A stretch of 64,000 nt of DNA from an uncultured virus (IMG/VR IMGVR_UViG_3300020180_000002) (Duplodnaviria > Heunggongvirae > Uroviricota > Caudoviricetes), in IMG/VR virus record IMGVR_UViG_3300020180_000002; one strand, 5' to 3'. Under the pieces are notes generated by a model. That model was not told the origin of the DNA. It did not search any database and worked only from the letters and a program-made list of their open reading frames with translations. This document shows, one piece after another, positions 10,593 to 20,702 of this stretch; position 1 is the stretch's first letter; every line of letters begins with the position of its first letter. Position numbers and translations under genes: made by a program.

Positions 10593-11666
10593 ATGAAAAG
10601 ACATAATAATACATTTATAGACAGAATTGTAAATCCATTTAATGGAAAATTTAAAACATCATTTGCATGGGGGGCTGCCATTGCGGGCGGCGTTGCCCTA
10701 GCTGGTACGGCAGTTAGTGCCGTGAGCGCCATGAACGGGGCTAATGCTAAAAAGAAAGCTCAAAAAGGAGCAGAAAGAATAGCTCAACAAGCTGTTTCGG
10801 GTTATGATTCGGCTAATATTCCTGAAATCGAACAACAACTTTTACAATTAGAACGTATTAAATCATCTGGTAATTTAACTCCTGAACAAGAACAAGTAAT
10901 TGAACAAAAACAATCTGAACTTCAAGCTATTCAAGCTAATCCTGATCTAAGAACAGCTCAAATGCAAGCCCTTAGAAAGCTTCAAGAAGTCGGAACAGAA
11001 GGCGGTTTAACTGCAGTTGATAAAGCTCAATTAAATGATATTACAAATGCAACTAATAGACAAGAACAAGCTAATAGAAATGCACTTGTACAAAACTTCC
11101 AACAACGTGGAATGGGCGGCTCTGGAGTAGAATTAGCGGCTCAATTAGCTGGAAATCAAGCTTCAGGTGAAGAAGCCTCTAAACGAGGATTTGATGTATC
11201 CGCCCAAGCTCAACAGCGAGCATTAGATGCTATTCAAAAATCTGGAGCTTTAGGAAGTCAAATAGAAGGTCAACAATTTGGACAAGATGCTCAAAAAGCT
11301 AATGCACAAGATGCTATTAATAGATTTAATACTCAAAATCAACAATCAATATTAGGTCAAAATGTTCAACGTAGTAATTATGCACAAGAACGTAATTTAA
11401 ATAATGAACAACAATTAAATGCATCTAATGTTGGTATTTCTAACCAAGAGCAGGTTGCTAATAAAGGATTGTATCAAAAACAATTTGAAAATGAAATGAA
11501 TAAAGCATCTGGAAAAGCCAACGCATTAACTAATCAAGCTAATGTTGCATCCAAAGGTGGAGACGCAGACGCTGCATTATATGGTGCACTAGGTCAAGCG
11601 GCCGCAAAAGTAGGATCATCAGTTGGATCTTATTTAGATGACAATAAAAAGAAAAAAGAAGAATAA
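10593..11666 (+). CDS. Internal virion / DNA pilot (ejection) protein
   Basis: G/A-rich hydrophobic N-terminal segment followed by Q/N/A-rich coiled coil (QRGMGGSGVELAAQL). Confidence 0.6.
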   Translation: MKRHNNTFIDRIVNPFNGKFKTSFAWGAAIAGGVALAGTAVSAVSAMNGANAKKKAQKGAERIAQQAVSGYDSANIPEIEQQLLQLERIKSSGNLTPEQEQVIEQKQSELQAIQANPDLRTAQMQALRKLQEVGTEGGLTAVDKAQLNDITNATNRQEQANRNALVQNFQQRGMGGSGVELAAQLAGNQASGEEASKRGFDVSAQAQQRALDAIQKSGALGSQIEGQQFGQDAQKANAQDAINRFNTQNQQSILGQNVQRSNYAQERNLNNEQQLNASNVGISNQEQVANKGLYQKQFENEMNKASGKANALTNQANVASKGGDADAALYGALGQAAAKVGSSVGSYLDDNKKKKEE

Positions 11667-11674
11667 GAGGCTAT

Positions 11675-13222
11675 ATGGCAACTCAATTATCTGACGATGA
11701 ATTTGAACAAAAACTAAATCAATTAGGTTTACAATCTAAATCTATGTCAGAAATGACTCCAACTGGCGAAGAAGCCCCATTACTTGAAGCTGCCCCTGTG
11801 GACACATCAGCAATTAAAATCCCAGATGCTGAAGCATCTTTACCTGCGGCACCTGTTTCAGTTAGTAATGCTAGTTTAGATGCAATGGCGGGTGAAGCTA
11901 AAAGATCATTAGCTGGTGAACAACTTGACCTACCAGAGGTTAAAAACCCAGCTCCAGTTGAAGCGACACAAGCTCCTAAACATGTAGATCGACTTCAACA
12001 ATTATTAACAGGTGAAATTAATGCTGAAACAGAAGAAGATAAGAAGATGCTTGAAAATTACTTCAATCAGTCTTCTAAACAACCAAATCCAAATACAGCA
12101 ATTAAACCTGTTGATGCAGTTTCACAACAAGATCCATTTGAACAGAATCCAGAGTTAAATGACGAAGCCTTGAAAAATGCACAAGCTAGTGCAGGTCGAA
12201 AAGCTTTTTTTACAAATTTAGGTCAAGCGGGCGCAGGGCTTGCCGCAGGTGCAACTGGTCAACAATTTGATTCAGGATTCTTTACTGAACTTCAAAAACA
12301 AAATCAACAACCGGTTGAAGATCTTAAAGTTCGTAGAGATTCACTACTTAAAGGTCTAAATGCAGCTAAGATTGTAACAGACTTAGGTACAAGTAAATTA
12401 GATGCAAATCGCAAAGCTCAATTAATGGACCCTAATTCTCAAGTATCTAAAGCAATCGGTGTTATTCAATTGCAAGCTTTAGATGTAGTTAATAAAGATT
12501 TAGCTGATAAACTTAGAGCTAGCCCAGAATGGAATGCATTATCTGGACAAGATAAAAAAGAATATATAGATCACATGATTGAAAATGTATCTAAACTTCA
12601 AGCTCAAAAAGACGTTAGAGCTGAAAGAGCTGAAGCAAAAGAAGTAGATAATAAACTTAAACAAGAAACCAGGAATGACTCTTGGTCATTATCAGCTGCA
12701 AGAACCATTACTGCATCGCAACCGTTTAAAAATTATCAAGAGTTTAAAGTAAGACAAGAAACACTTGAAAATGCAGCACGTAATCCAAGTGCATATGGCG
12801 ACATTGGATCCATTTTTGCATTCATGAAAACTTTAGATCCAGCTTCAGTGGTTAGAGAAAGTGAATACGCTACTGCAGCCGGAGCTGGATCGCTTTTGAC
12901 ACGTGCACAAAATGCTGTACAAAAAGCTGCAACTGGTAAAATGCTAGCACCTGAACAAAGAGATGATTTATTAAAATTTACTAAACACCTAGGTTCAGTA
13001 TATAAAAATAACTATAATGATTTTGTTAAACCATTTAAAAAACAAGGATCAGATAGAGGCGTAGATTTAACTTCTGTTGATCCGTATCATAGCCCAGTTG
13101 ATGAAAAACAAACTAAATCCTCTGATGAAATCACTCCTGACGTGGCTAATTACGCTAAATCACATAATATGACACCAGAGCAAGCATTAGCTATTAAGAA
13201 ACAAAGAACTGGAGCGAAGTAA
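11675..13222 (+). CDS. Internal virion (ejection) protein
   Basis: FMKTLDPASVVRESEYA motif of the kind seen in podovirus DNA-transfer proteins; position. Confidence 0.6.
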   Translation: MATQLSDDEFEQKLNQLGLQSKSMSEMTPTGEEAPLLEAAPVDTSAIKIPDAEASLPAAPVSVSNASLDAMAGEAKRSLAGEQLDLPEVKNPAPVEATQAPKHVDRLQQLLTGEINAETEEDKKMLENYFNQSSKQPNPNTAIKPVDAVSQQDPFEQNPELNDEALKNAQASAGRKAFFTNLGQAGAGLAAGATGQQFDSGFFTELQKQNQQPVEDLKVRRDSLLKGLNAAKIVTDLGTSKLDANRKAQLMDPNSQVSKAIGVIQLQALDVVNKDLADKLRASPEWNALSGQDKKEYIDHMIENVSKLQAQKDVRAERAEAKEVDNKLKQETRNDSWSLSAARTITASQPFKNYQEFKVRQETLENAARNPSAYGDIGSIFAFMKTLDPASVVRESEYATAAGAGSLLTRAQNAVQKAATGKMLAPEQRDDLLKFTKHLGSVYKNNYNDFVKPFKKQGSDRGVDLTSVDPYHSPVDEKQTKSSDEITPDVANYAKSHNMTPEQALAIKKQRTGAK

Positions 13223-13223
13223 C

Positions 13224-15116
13224 ATGGCATCTTGGGACGAATTACCTCCAACTAAAGAGGAACTAAAAGCTGTAGAACCTATTAATACCCTACCTAAGGT
13301 TGAGTCTAAATCTCTGAATACTCAGCCCTCTTCTTCGCCTGTAGAGCCTCAAATGTCATCTAATGACGATTGGTCACAACAGCCACCTACTCCAAGTGAA
13401 TTAGGTGAAGAATCGTCTCCCGTAATGGACAGTGATCCTATTCATAAACTCTTAAGAACAGGTTATAACTTTGACGAATATTACAAATTATCTAAAGAAG
13501 ATAAAAGAAAATATGACCAACTATCTTCACACATGGGAGAAGTATTTCAATCAGGTGTAAAACAAGGAGCATCTGGAGCTCTAACCCTTGGATTTAAAAA
13601 GGATTTATTTAATAATCCTGAAGAAGCTCAAAGTAAAATAGCTGAATTAACTCCAGAAGAACAAGAACTAGCTAAACGAAACTTATCCGCTGGTGAATTT
13701 ACAGGTGGAGCTGCTGCAAATATTCCTATTGCATTAGGAACAGGTGGACTAGTTAATGCAGCAACTAAGAGTATTTCTACTGTGGCCCAATTAGGCCCTC
13801 TTGCAACTAGAGGAGTCCAAGCCGCTGGTAACATTGGCGCTGCCGGCCTAATGGGAGAAGCCCAAGGTATAGCTCAATCTGATGCACCTACATTAGGTGA
13901 AAGAGCTGTCGAGGCTCTCCCCACTGCATTACTAGGTGCAGGTACCGCTGGTGTACTTGAAGGTGTAGCCGCGTTGGCTGCCCCAGGAGCCCAAGCCGCT
14001 GGTAAATCTTTAGCATCTAAATTAAGAGGTAAAGCTGAAATTGCGGCGGAAAAATCATTAAATCCCACTGCTGCTGAATTTCTTAAACTTCAACAAAATC
14101 CAAATAATACAGTTGGTAAACAATTATTAGATGACGGTCTTGGTTCTAATCCATTAATGTCTAATGAATCTAAAGCAAATATATTATCTCAAGCTAAAAA
14201 TAAAGCAGGCCAAGCTATCGGGGGTTCAACAAAAGAACTTGATAGTGAAATTAATAAATTAATGCAATCTGCTCAAACCTCCCCTCAAAGAGGTCAATTA
14301 ATTGAATCTATATTAGATAAAAAGAAGTTTGTTAGAGAATTAAAACAAGAATTATTATCTCCACTTGAAGCCGCTGGTGATCCAAATAATGTTAGTTTTA
14401 AAATTAAAGAATTATTAAGTAAACTTGAACAATCAGGTGGACCTAATTCATCTTTAATAACATTAGATGATTTAAATACCTTTAAACAAATGGCTAGAGA
14501 AGGTATTAACTATAATACACCTGGTGGCGCAGCGTCAGCAAATGCCGTTAAAGATTTTACTCGTAAATTAAATGATAAAATCTTACAAAAATCCCAAATG
14601 TTAGATGAAATCGCTGGAACTAATATTGCAGATAATCTTATTAAATCTAATAAAGAATACGGCACATTAAAAACAGGAGAAAAAGCAGCTCAACGTGCTT
14701 TTGCTAAAGAAGAACTTAAAAGAGATAATCTAACTCCAGTTGCAGGTGCAGCTGGATATGCATTAGATGGTTTATCAGGCGGCGCAGCGGGCGTTGCATT
14801 AGGTACAGCTAAAAAACTAACTAATACCTATGGAAGAAACTTTCAAGCCACTTCGTTAAATCAATTAGCTAATTTAGTTAAAACTGCTCCACAAGTATTA
14901 GGTAAATATTCAGCTCCTTTACAAAATGCCTCTACAAGAGGTTCTACTGCGCTAGCTGCAATGCATTTTACTCTTTACAGTAAAGACCCTGGTTATAGAG
15001 AAAAAATAGATCCATTGCAAGAAGAAGCTGAAAAGAATAGCAAAAATGGTAATCCTTCTTTAGATAATTCACCAAATACTGATGAACCTAGTGCAGCTGG
15101 CAATTATAATGATTAA
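13224..15116 (+). CDS. Internal virion (ejection) protein
   Basis: N-terminal WDELPP repeats, G/A-rich membrane-like segments; position. Confidence 0.55.
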   Translation: MASWDELPPTKEELKAVEPINTLPKVESKSLNTQPSSSPVEPQMSSNDDWSQQPPTPSELGEESSPVMDSDPIHKLLRTGYNFDEYYKLSKEDKRKYDQLSSHMGEVFQSGVKQGASGALTLGFKKDLFNNPEEAQSKIAELTPEEQELAKRNLSAGEFTGGAAANIPIALGTGGLVNAATKSISTVAQLGPLATRGVQAAGNIGAAGLMGEAQGIAQSDAPTLGERAVEALPTALLGAGTAGVLEGVAALAAPGAQAAGKSLASKLRGKAEIAAEKSLNPTAAEFLKLQQNPNNTVGKQLLDDGLGSNPLMSNESKANILSQAKNKAGQAIGGSTKELDSEINKLMQSAQTSPQRGQLIESILDKKKFVRELKQELLSPLEAAGDPNNVSFKIKELLSKLEQSGGPNSSLITLDDLNTFKQMAREGINYNTPGGAASANAVKDFTRKLNDKILQKSQMLDEIAGTNIADNLIKSNKEYGTLKTGEKAAQRAFAKEELKRDNLTPVAGAAGYALDGLSGGAAGVALGTAKKLTNTYGRNFQATSLNQLANLVKTAPQVLGKYSAPLQNASTRGSTALAAMHFTLYSKDPGYREKIDPLQEEAEKNSKNGNPSLDNSPNTDEPSAAGNYND

Positions 15117-15255
15117 TAAGTTATTTATACACTTAAAGAGGGCTTTATATGCGATTTTCAAAAGGGCGACAAAAGAGATTAAATATTTACCGAAACCCGT
15201 CAAGTCGCGCGCTTTGGCTCAAGTTATCAATATTCGCCGAGCTTCTAGAAGGTAA
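15109..15255 (+). CDS. Small basic hypothetical protein (48 aa, MINKLFIHLKRALY...)
   Basis: Read manually; overlaps the previous stop codon. Confidence 0.35.
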   Translation: MINKLFIHLKRALYAIFKRATKEIKYLPKPVKSRALAQVINIRRASRR

Positions 15256-15297
15256 AAAAGTAATATATGGAATGGCTTTCTAACAAGAGAAAATTAT

Positions 15298-15606
15298 ATG
15301 TCAGATAACAAAGATTTATATATAATTGCTCTGAAAGAACTTAGAGAAGATATTCGTCAAATTGATAATAAACTTGATTACATGAATGAAGTTCTTATTA
15401 AAAATACCGCAGTACTTGAAGAGCATGAACGTAGATCCACTGCTAGTGAAAATAGATTAAATGTTATGGAAGATCAACATTATAAACTTCAAAAGTCGGC
15501 TGACAATGTCGCTGCATTTTTTGTATACTCTGGTATACTAATTACAACCCTTGGATCATTAGCTGCATTATATTTTAATTACATAAAACCTTTTCTAGGA
15601 AAATAA
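15298..15606 (+). CDS. Coiled-coil plus C-terminal TM protein (holin/XhlA-like)
   Basis: Coiled coil followed by a single TM helix. Confidence 0.45.
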   Translation: MSDNKDLYIIALKELREDIRQIDNKLDYMNEVLIKNTAVLEEHERRSTASENRLNVMEDQHYKLQKSADNVAAFFVYSGILITTLGSLAALYFNYIKPFLGK

Positions 15607-15607
15607 T

Positions 15608-15940
15608 ATGTTAATGATATCAATACCATGTGCATTTGAGAACAATATCTTAAAAGTTAATGGACTAGGATTTAAAGCCGAAGGTGATAGCCCAGAACAA
15701 GCTCTTCTTGTATGTATTAAAAATACCCCATATTATAACCCATTGATATTGGCTACTTTTACTAAATTTAAGAATCATCGCGGACGAGAGTTCATGCATC
15801 TTGAAACTATATATGATGAATCTATCATTAAATTGATTAATGAAGTAGAACCATATCCACCTGAAAAACCTAATAAACTTAAACAAAAAATAGAAACGTC
15901 AACAGCTCAGGAGGTAATAGATTATGCATACCCTGAGTAA
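15608..15940 (+). CDS. Hypothetical protein
   Basis: ORF in operon, 1-nt gap from upstream gene. Confidence 0.55.
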   Translation: MLMISIPCAFENNILKVNGLGFKAEGDSPEQALLVCIKNTPYYNPLILATFTKFKNHRGREFMHLETIYDESIIKLINEVEPYPPEKPNKLKQKIETSTAQEVIDYAYPE

Positions 15941-16055
15941 ATTAATTAATAAAAAATGCACCAAGTGTAAAGAAATTAAAACCCTGTATGATTTTCAAAA
16001 ACAAACTAGATCTATTGACGGTTTAAACCATGCACTAAAATATTTGGAGTAAATA

Positions 16056-16895
16056 ATGAAAAAGAAGTCTGTTAAAAAAGCTAAATTATGGTTAAAAGAT
16101 CAATTGTTTTATGCAAAACAAGGTGCTAAAGTTGTAGCATGTAAATTAGCTTCACTTATAGTTGTAAGTGCAACAGTTATAATTCTTGTAGTTTTTATCA
16201 TGGCAGCATCTTTAACGGCCAATAGAGTCCATAAAGTATATCTAGAAAATAAAGTTGGTCAAAATACTCTTTTTATTAAATCAATGCCAGATAGCATATT
16301 ACAAGGCAGCGGGACAGCATTTCAAGTTAAAGCTCCATCAGGTAAAGTATATACACTAACTAATCGTCATATTTGTGAATTAGCTAATGCAAATGGTGAA
16401 CTTTCTATTTATGATAAAAAAGTAACTGGTGAATTAGTAACTAAAAAAATTGTTCAAGTATATGATAAAAATGACTTATGTCTAGTAGAAGGTCTAGACG
16501 GCTATGATGGTTTAACCATTGGCGATGATGTTCATGTAGGGGATACCGTATTTGCTTTTGGTTATGCGCTTGGCGAAGCCATGAATGTTGCCGAAGGTAG
16601 AGTTAAAGAATACGGCTTTACTACTCTTATTGATCTATCTACCCCATTAGAGGCTTGCGTAGGTCCTAGACATGCAATTAAATCTATTAATTTTTTATTC
16701 TTTTCTATACCTGTATGTACTGTCACTTTAGATAGTATTAATACTAGTGTATTTATATATCCAGGTAATTCTGGCTCAGCCATGGTTAATTCATGGGGTA
16801 ACGTGGTAGGTGTGTTTTTTGCCGGCAATGCTCGAACAAACTGGGGAAATGCTGCGCCACTTAAAGATGTTAAAAGTTTATTGAGTAAATTTTAA
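16056..16895 (+). CDS. Membrane-anchored trypsin-like serine protease
   Basis: Catalytic triad motifs TNRH, DLCL and PGNSGS; N-terminal TM helix. Confidence 0.85.
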   Translation: MKKKSVKKAKLWLKDQLFYAKQGAKVVACKLASLIVVSATVIILVVFIMAASLTANRVHKVYLENKVGQNTLFIKSMPDSILQGSGTAFQVKAPSGKVYTLTNRHICELANANGELSIYDKKVTGELVTKKIVQVYDKNDLCLVEGLDGYDGLTIGDDVHVGDTVFAFGYALGEAMNVAEGRVKEYGFTTLIDLSTPLEACVGPRHAIKSINFLFFSIPVCTVTLDSINTSVFIYPGNSGSAMVNSWGNVVGVFFAGNARTNWGNAAPLKDVKSLLSKF

Positions 16896-16905
16896 TAAAT
16901 ACTAT

Positions 16906-17061
16906 ATGCCATTAATTAAAGGTAAAAGTGATAAGACTAGAGAAGAGAATATTAAGAAAGAAATTGAATCTGGTCGTGATCCTAAACAAAGTGTCGCAAT
17001 TGGATACTCGGTACAACGTGAAGCTATAAAACGAGCTTTAAATAAAATTAGAGGAAAGTAA
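16906..17061 (+). CDS. Small conserved phage protein (MPLIKGKS...KQSVAIGYS)
   Basis: Read manually; matches a widespread small phage protein pattern MPLxKGxS...N...KQAVAIA. Confidence 0.65.
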   Translation: MPLIKGKSDKTREENIKKEIESGRDPKQSVAIGYSVQREAIKRALNKIRGK

Positions 17062-17062
17062 T

Positions 17063-17254
17063 ATGCCAATTAACCCAAACGAACTACCGCCTAAATATCC
17101 AGCTAGGGTGCCATTTGATCCTTTTGAAGATCAACAAGATGAAGAAAAGAAACAAACATCTAAGTATAAAAAAGAAGTAGCTAAATCAGTATCAGATTCA
17201 TTTAAAGATAAATTTAGTAAACTTAAAAACTTTTTAAACAGTGAAAAAGATTAA
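17063..17254 (+). CDS. Small hypothetical protein
   Basis: ORF in tight operon; shares an F-x-K-L motif with its neighbours. Confidence 0.55.
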   Translation: MPINPNELPPKYPARVPFDPFEDQQDEEKKQTSKYKKEVAKSVSDSFKDKFSKLKNFLNSEKD

Positions 17255-17257
17255 TTT

Positions 17258-17449
17258 ATGAAGAAACCAGTTATAGACTCAAAGAAACCTGATTATAGAT
17301 TTCAAAAATTAACACAATATGTTGTTGAGAAATCTTCGCCGCAGGATCAATTCCAACAAGCAGTTAGCCCTGAAAAGGAAGCTGAAGAAATAGTTAAAAA
17401 ACGAAACGCAATTAAACGCCATGAAGGTGTGCCCCTTTACGAGGATTAA
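17258..17449 (+). CDS. Small hypothetical protein
   Basis: ORF in tight operon; RFQKLTQYVVEKSSP motif. Confidence 0.55.
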   Translation: MKKPVIDSKKPDYRFQKLTQYVVEKSSPQDQFQQAVSPEKEAEEIVKKRNAIKRHEGVPLYED

Positions 17450-17453
17450 TATT

Positions 17454-17648
17454 ATGAAAAACGATAAAAAAAGCAAATCTGATAAAAAACGATTTAATAA
17501 AATAATTGATTTTATTGTAGAAAAAGGATCTCCTGTAAGTAAAGGTGACCCAATTACAGTAGAAGACGAGGCAGACGCCGGGTTAGTACAACACGGTACT
17601 GATCATAAGATTAAGCGAACAGACCTTAATTCTAACAACTTTAGATAA
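17454..17648 (+). CDS. Small hypothetical protein
   Basis: Likely start is the ATG at 17454 after GAGG; RFNKIIDFIVEKGSP motif. Confidence 0.55.
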   Translation: MKNDKKSKSDKKRFNKIIDFIVEKGSPVSKGDPITVEDEADAGLVQHGTDHKIKRTDLNSNNFR

Positions 17649-17724
17649 ATATAGGGTAAACCCTCGTACCTGTACTCGAAAATCGTTTATAGGTCATTCT
17701 CGTGCGTTTAAATAGGGATATAAA

Positions 17725-18006
17725 ATGGATAATTCAACTAAAGATCAACAAGACGCCATACAAAGAGCTATAGATGCTATTAAGGCACGTGCTAACGGCC
17801 AGGCTGACGCTTCCAACTCCCCAGAGGTTGTAGAACCAATGCAGCCTCCTGCTAACCCTATGCCATATAGCCCTAAATCTACTAATAATGACCAGAATGC
17901 TCTTAATGATGAGCAAACTATGCAAGTTAACCCAGGTGCCCTTCTTGATACATTAAAACGTAAAAAACAACAAGAGATGGTAGATAGTCTATTTAAGAAC
18001 CAATAA
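17725..18006 (+). CDS. Hypothetical protein
   Basis: ORF with upstream AGGGA. Confidence 0.55.
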   Translation: MDNSTKDQQDAIQRAIDAIKARANGQADASNSPEVVEPMQPPANPMPYSPKSTNNDQNALNDEQTMQVNPGALLDTLKRKKQQEMVDSLFKNQ

Positions 18007-18007
18007 T

Positions 18008-18526
18008 ATGCCACTAGATGAAGAAATGGAAGCTAAAAAACGAGCGTTAGACGCCTTTGACCCTTCATCTGTTTTACCTGGTCTTTCTGAAATTGAATCC
18101 TCTGGAGGCAAGTTTAGAGAGCATGATGTTAATAAATCAGGTCTTCAAAAGGGAACTAGAGCTGTTTCCAGCTACGGTTTAATGCCTAATACGGTATATG
18201 AATACACTAAAAGAGATAAAGAATTTCAAAAGACCCCACAAGGGCAAGCTATTCTATCTTCAAATGGTGACCCAGAATCTATTAATGAAATCACAAGAGA
18301 TGTAAACAATGACGATGTTATTATGAAAAGCTTGTTAGCTGAACAAAATAAACGTCTTAATCCACACTCTAGTCAATACGGCGTAGATGCCGAAGTGGCT
18401 AATGTATTAGCAAATCGTAGAGGTGTAGCGGGCGCTATTAAATCTATGAGAGATGGTTCTTATAAAGAAGATCCATATGTTATTAAATACCTTCAATTAA
18501 AAAATAAAACTATACCAGTTAGCTAA
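18008..18526 (+). CDS. Lytic transglycosylase / lysozyme-like protein
   Basis: IESSGG (catalytic Glu) and YGLMP motifs resembling the SLT-family E-S...G-L-M-Q signature; adjacent to the endolysin. Confidence 0.5.
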   Translation: MPLDEEMEAKKRALDAFDPSSVLPGLSEIESSGGKFREHDVNKSGLQKGTRAVSSYGLMPNTVYEYTKRDKEFQKTPQGQAILSSNGDPESINEITRDVNNDDVIMKSLLAEQNKRLNPHSSQYGVDAEVANVLANRRGVAGAIKSMRDGSYKEDPYVIKYLQLKNKTIPVS

Positions 18527-18530
18527 TTTT

Positions 18531-18965
18531 ATGAAACTATTAACATTAGAAGATCTTATAACCTCATCTGGGAAATACCCTGAACGTGCTAATTCGCCTG
18601 AGCTAACAGCCGAATTAAAGGCTAATGGCGCTGATCTAGTAAAACGTATAAATAATCTTTTAAAAGATATCTATACAATAGACGTTAAAGTGAGTAGCGG
18701 CTTTCGTCCATCTTCAGTGAACTCTACTATACTAAATGCAGCTAAAAGAAGTTTGCATATGACATTAAAAGCCTGTGATATTTCAGATCCACAAGGCAAA
18801 TTACGTGATATTCTTTTAAAAAATGTAGATGAAAAATCAAATTCAAGTGATGACGTATTAACTAAATACGGCCTTTGGTTAGAAAACCCTCAAGCAACGA
18901 AGGGCTGGATTCATCTTGATGCAGGCGTAAGAACTCCTCGTAAACGAAAAGTCTTTAATCCATAA
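18531..18965 (+). CDS. Peptidase M15-family endolysin
   Basis: VSSGFRP...SLH...ACD...WIHLD zinc-peptidase motifs. Confidence 0.8.
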   Translation: MKLLTLEDLITSSGKYPERANSPELTAELKANGADLVKRINNLLKDIYTIDVKVSSGFRPSSVNSTILNAAKRSLHMTLKACDISDPQGKLRDILLKNVDEKSNSSDDVLTKYGLWLENPQATKGWIHLDAGVRTPRKRKVFNP

Positions 18966-19411
18966 GTTTAATAAACTTTAGATCGCCCCATAGTTAAATT
19001 AATCCACCATTTGTCTTTATGAGTATACATAAGCTGTAAACCCACATAATTTATATTATAATTATCAAGTACACTTTCAAGCATAACTTTATATACTAAT
19101 CCAAATTGATTATTAAGATCACTCATATTAGAAAAAATTACCTTGTATTACATAAATCCAATAAGGATTTATATCTTTATAATGAAACCTTATTCTTATA
19201 AGACGTACTGAACCCCCAATAGAAAAAATATAAGACTGACATCCCAATTCTTTAATTAGGTCATCCACGTTTAAATCCACCTCTGTACCTATTTACATTA
19301 TAAAACCAAATATAATCTGGTACCATGTAATTATGATATTTAAATACCCCATATATAAATTCATTATTTAAGTTTTTAAATACATAACTATAACTGATTT
19401 GTGTAAATAAC

Positions 19412-19924
19412 TTAGTCATGTACATCAAATACTACATTCACTAGTTTACCGGTGAATATCTTTTCAGTATTAGCTTTATAAGCTTTCATAATAAACTCTT
19501 TAATCTTATCTCGTTTATCCATCATTTCAATTATAGCATCTTCTGGACTAAGATACTCGTTGTCGAACGAATCCATTATTAAATGATCTGTATCGTTCAT
19601 TCTATAACGTTGGTTATAAAGATCTCGATTACGAGCATTAGTGGCATCATATATCTCCTTTTTATGATGTTTATAATGCAAGTTCTTTCTAAAATCTTTA
19701 TTTAGGGTATTGCCGTAGCTTTCTTCAATAAACTTAGAATACCATTGAGCGGCTTCAGGATCTAATTTTAAGTCATTTAACATCTGTTGATCCCAATCCA
19801 TGTATTGTTGATTGGCTCTACTGAATGTTCTAACTTCTAATCCCCACAAACGTCTAGCTTTTTGTTTCTTTACTGCTTTTGTGTGTTTTATAGGTTTCTT
19901 GTCTTTTCTTTTTTGCTTCTTCAT
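19412..19924 (-). CDS. Hypothetical protein (basic N-terminus)
   Basis: ORF; IYDATNARNRD motif. Confidence 0.6.
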   Translation of the reverse strand: MKKQKRKDKKPIKHTKAVKKQKARRLWGLEVRTFSRANQQYMDWDQQMLNDLKLDPEAAQWYSKFIEESYGNTLNKDFRKNLHYKHHKKEIYDATNARNRDLYNQRYRMNDTDHLIMDSFDNEYLSPEDAIIEMMDKRDKIKEFIMKAYKANTEKIFTGKLVNVVFDVHD

Positions 19925-20246
19925 CTTCTTTTAACTCTTTATTCATGTAATAATGTTTGGAGTTATTTATCATAACAGTTTTAAAATTGTCAACTAAATA
20001 ACTATTAAATATCTTATTCCCTAATACAGAGTTATTGGTAACTCCTCTTTCTTTACACCACCCAATGTAACTATCTCTAACGGCTGTACCTTTAACTACA
20101 AATATACCATTAGTAATATCACATTCATTAAGCCACATATCCACAGTCTGATATCTTCCGGCGTTATCTTTAATAGGACTTCCACGCCAGATCATGCCTT
20201 TTCTAACGATATCAAAAAGTTGTTTAACTGTTAGTTCATCTTTCAT
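19854..20246 (-). CDS. Putative winged-helix DNA-binding protein (D5/primase C-terminal-like)
   Basis: Y-x-x-W-C-x-x-x-G...L-G-x-x-x-F pattern. Confidence 0.4.
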   Translation of the reverse strand: MKDELTVKQLFDIVRKGMIWRGSPIKDNAGRYQTVDMWLNECDITNGIFVVKGTAVRDSYIGWCKERGVTNNSVLGNKIFNSYLVDNFKTVMINNSKHYYMNKELKEDEEAKKKRQETYKTHKSSKETKS

Positions 20247-20408
20247 TTGATATAATAATCTTTATTTCACTGATCAATGTGATATAATGTTCCATCTAAT
20301 CTATAAAACCATTTAGACAAATAACTATTCGTATATTTACACATTACATATGATATACCGCCTGATAAATCAATATAATATATACTATAACTCATTCGTT
20401 TAAATAAC

Positions 20409-20702
20409 TTATTCAAGCTTTAAATCAATCCACGATTCCATTGCATTAGAAATAGCTTCTTCTACATTATCATTCAATAGATAACTTAGTCCAGTTATAT
20501 TCATCGTAGCATGAAAAGTCTCATGATAAATAACTCTAGTAATAGCTTCATTAGGTAATGTATTGTTAATATATATTACTTGTCGTTGTCCACAGAAATA
20601 TCCTAAAATATCAGTATCATCTGCTATTTTATTTAACTCCTCAGGGGGGATATATTCTACAGGTATACTACGACCCAGTACTTTGACTTTGGTTACTGTC
20701 AT
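20409..20702 (-). CDS. Small zinc metallopeptidase (HExxH; ImmA/IrrE-like)
   Basis: HETFH motif and downstream EE; likely start MTVTKVK at 20702. Confidence 0.65.
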   Translation of the reverse strand: MTVTKVKVLGRSIPVEYIPPEELNKIADDTDILGYFCGQRQVIYINNTLPNEAITRVIYHETFHATMNITGLSYLLNDNVEEAISNAMESWIDLKLE

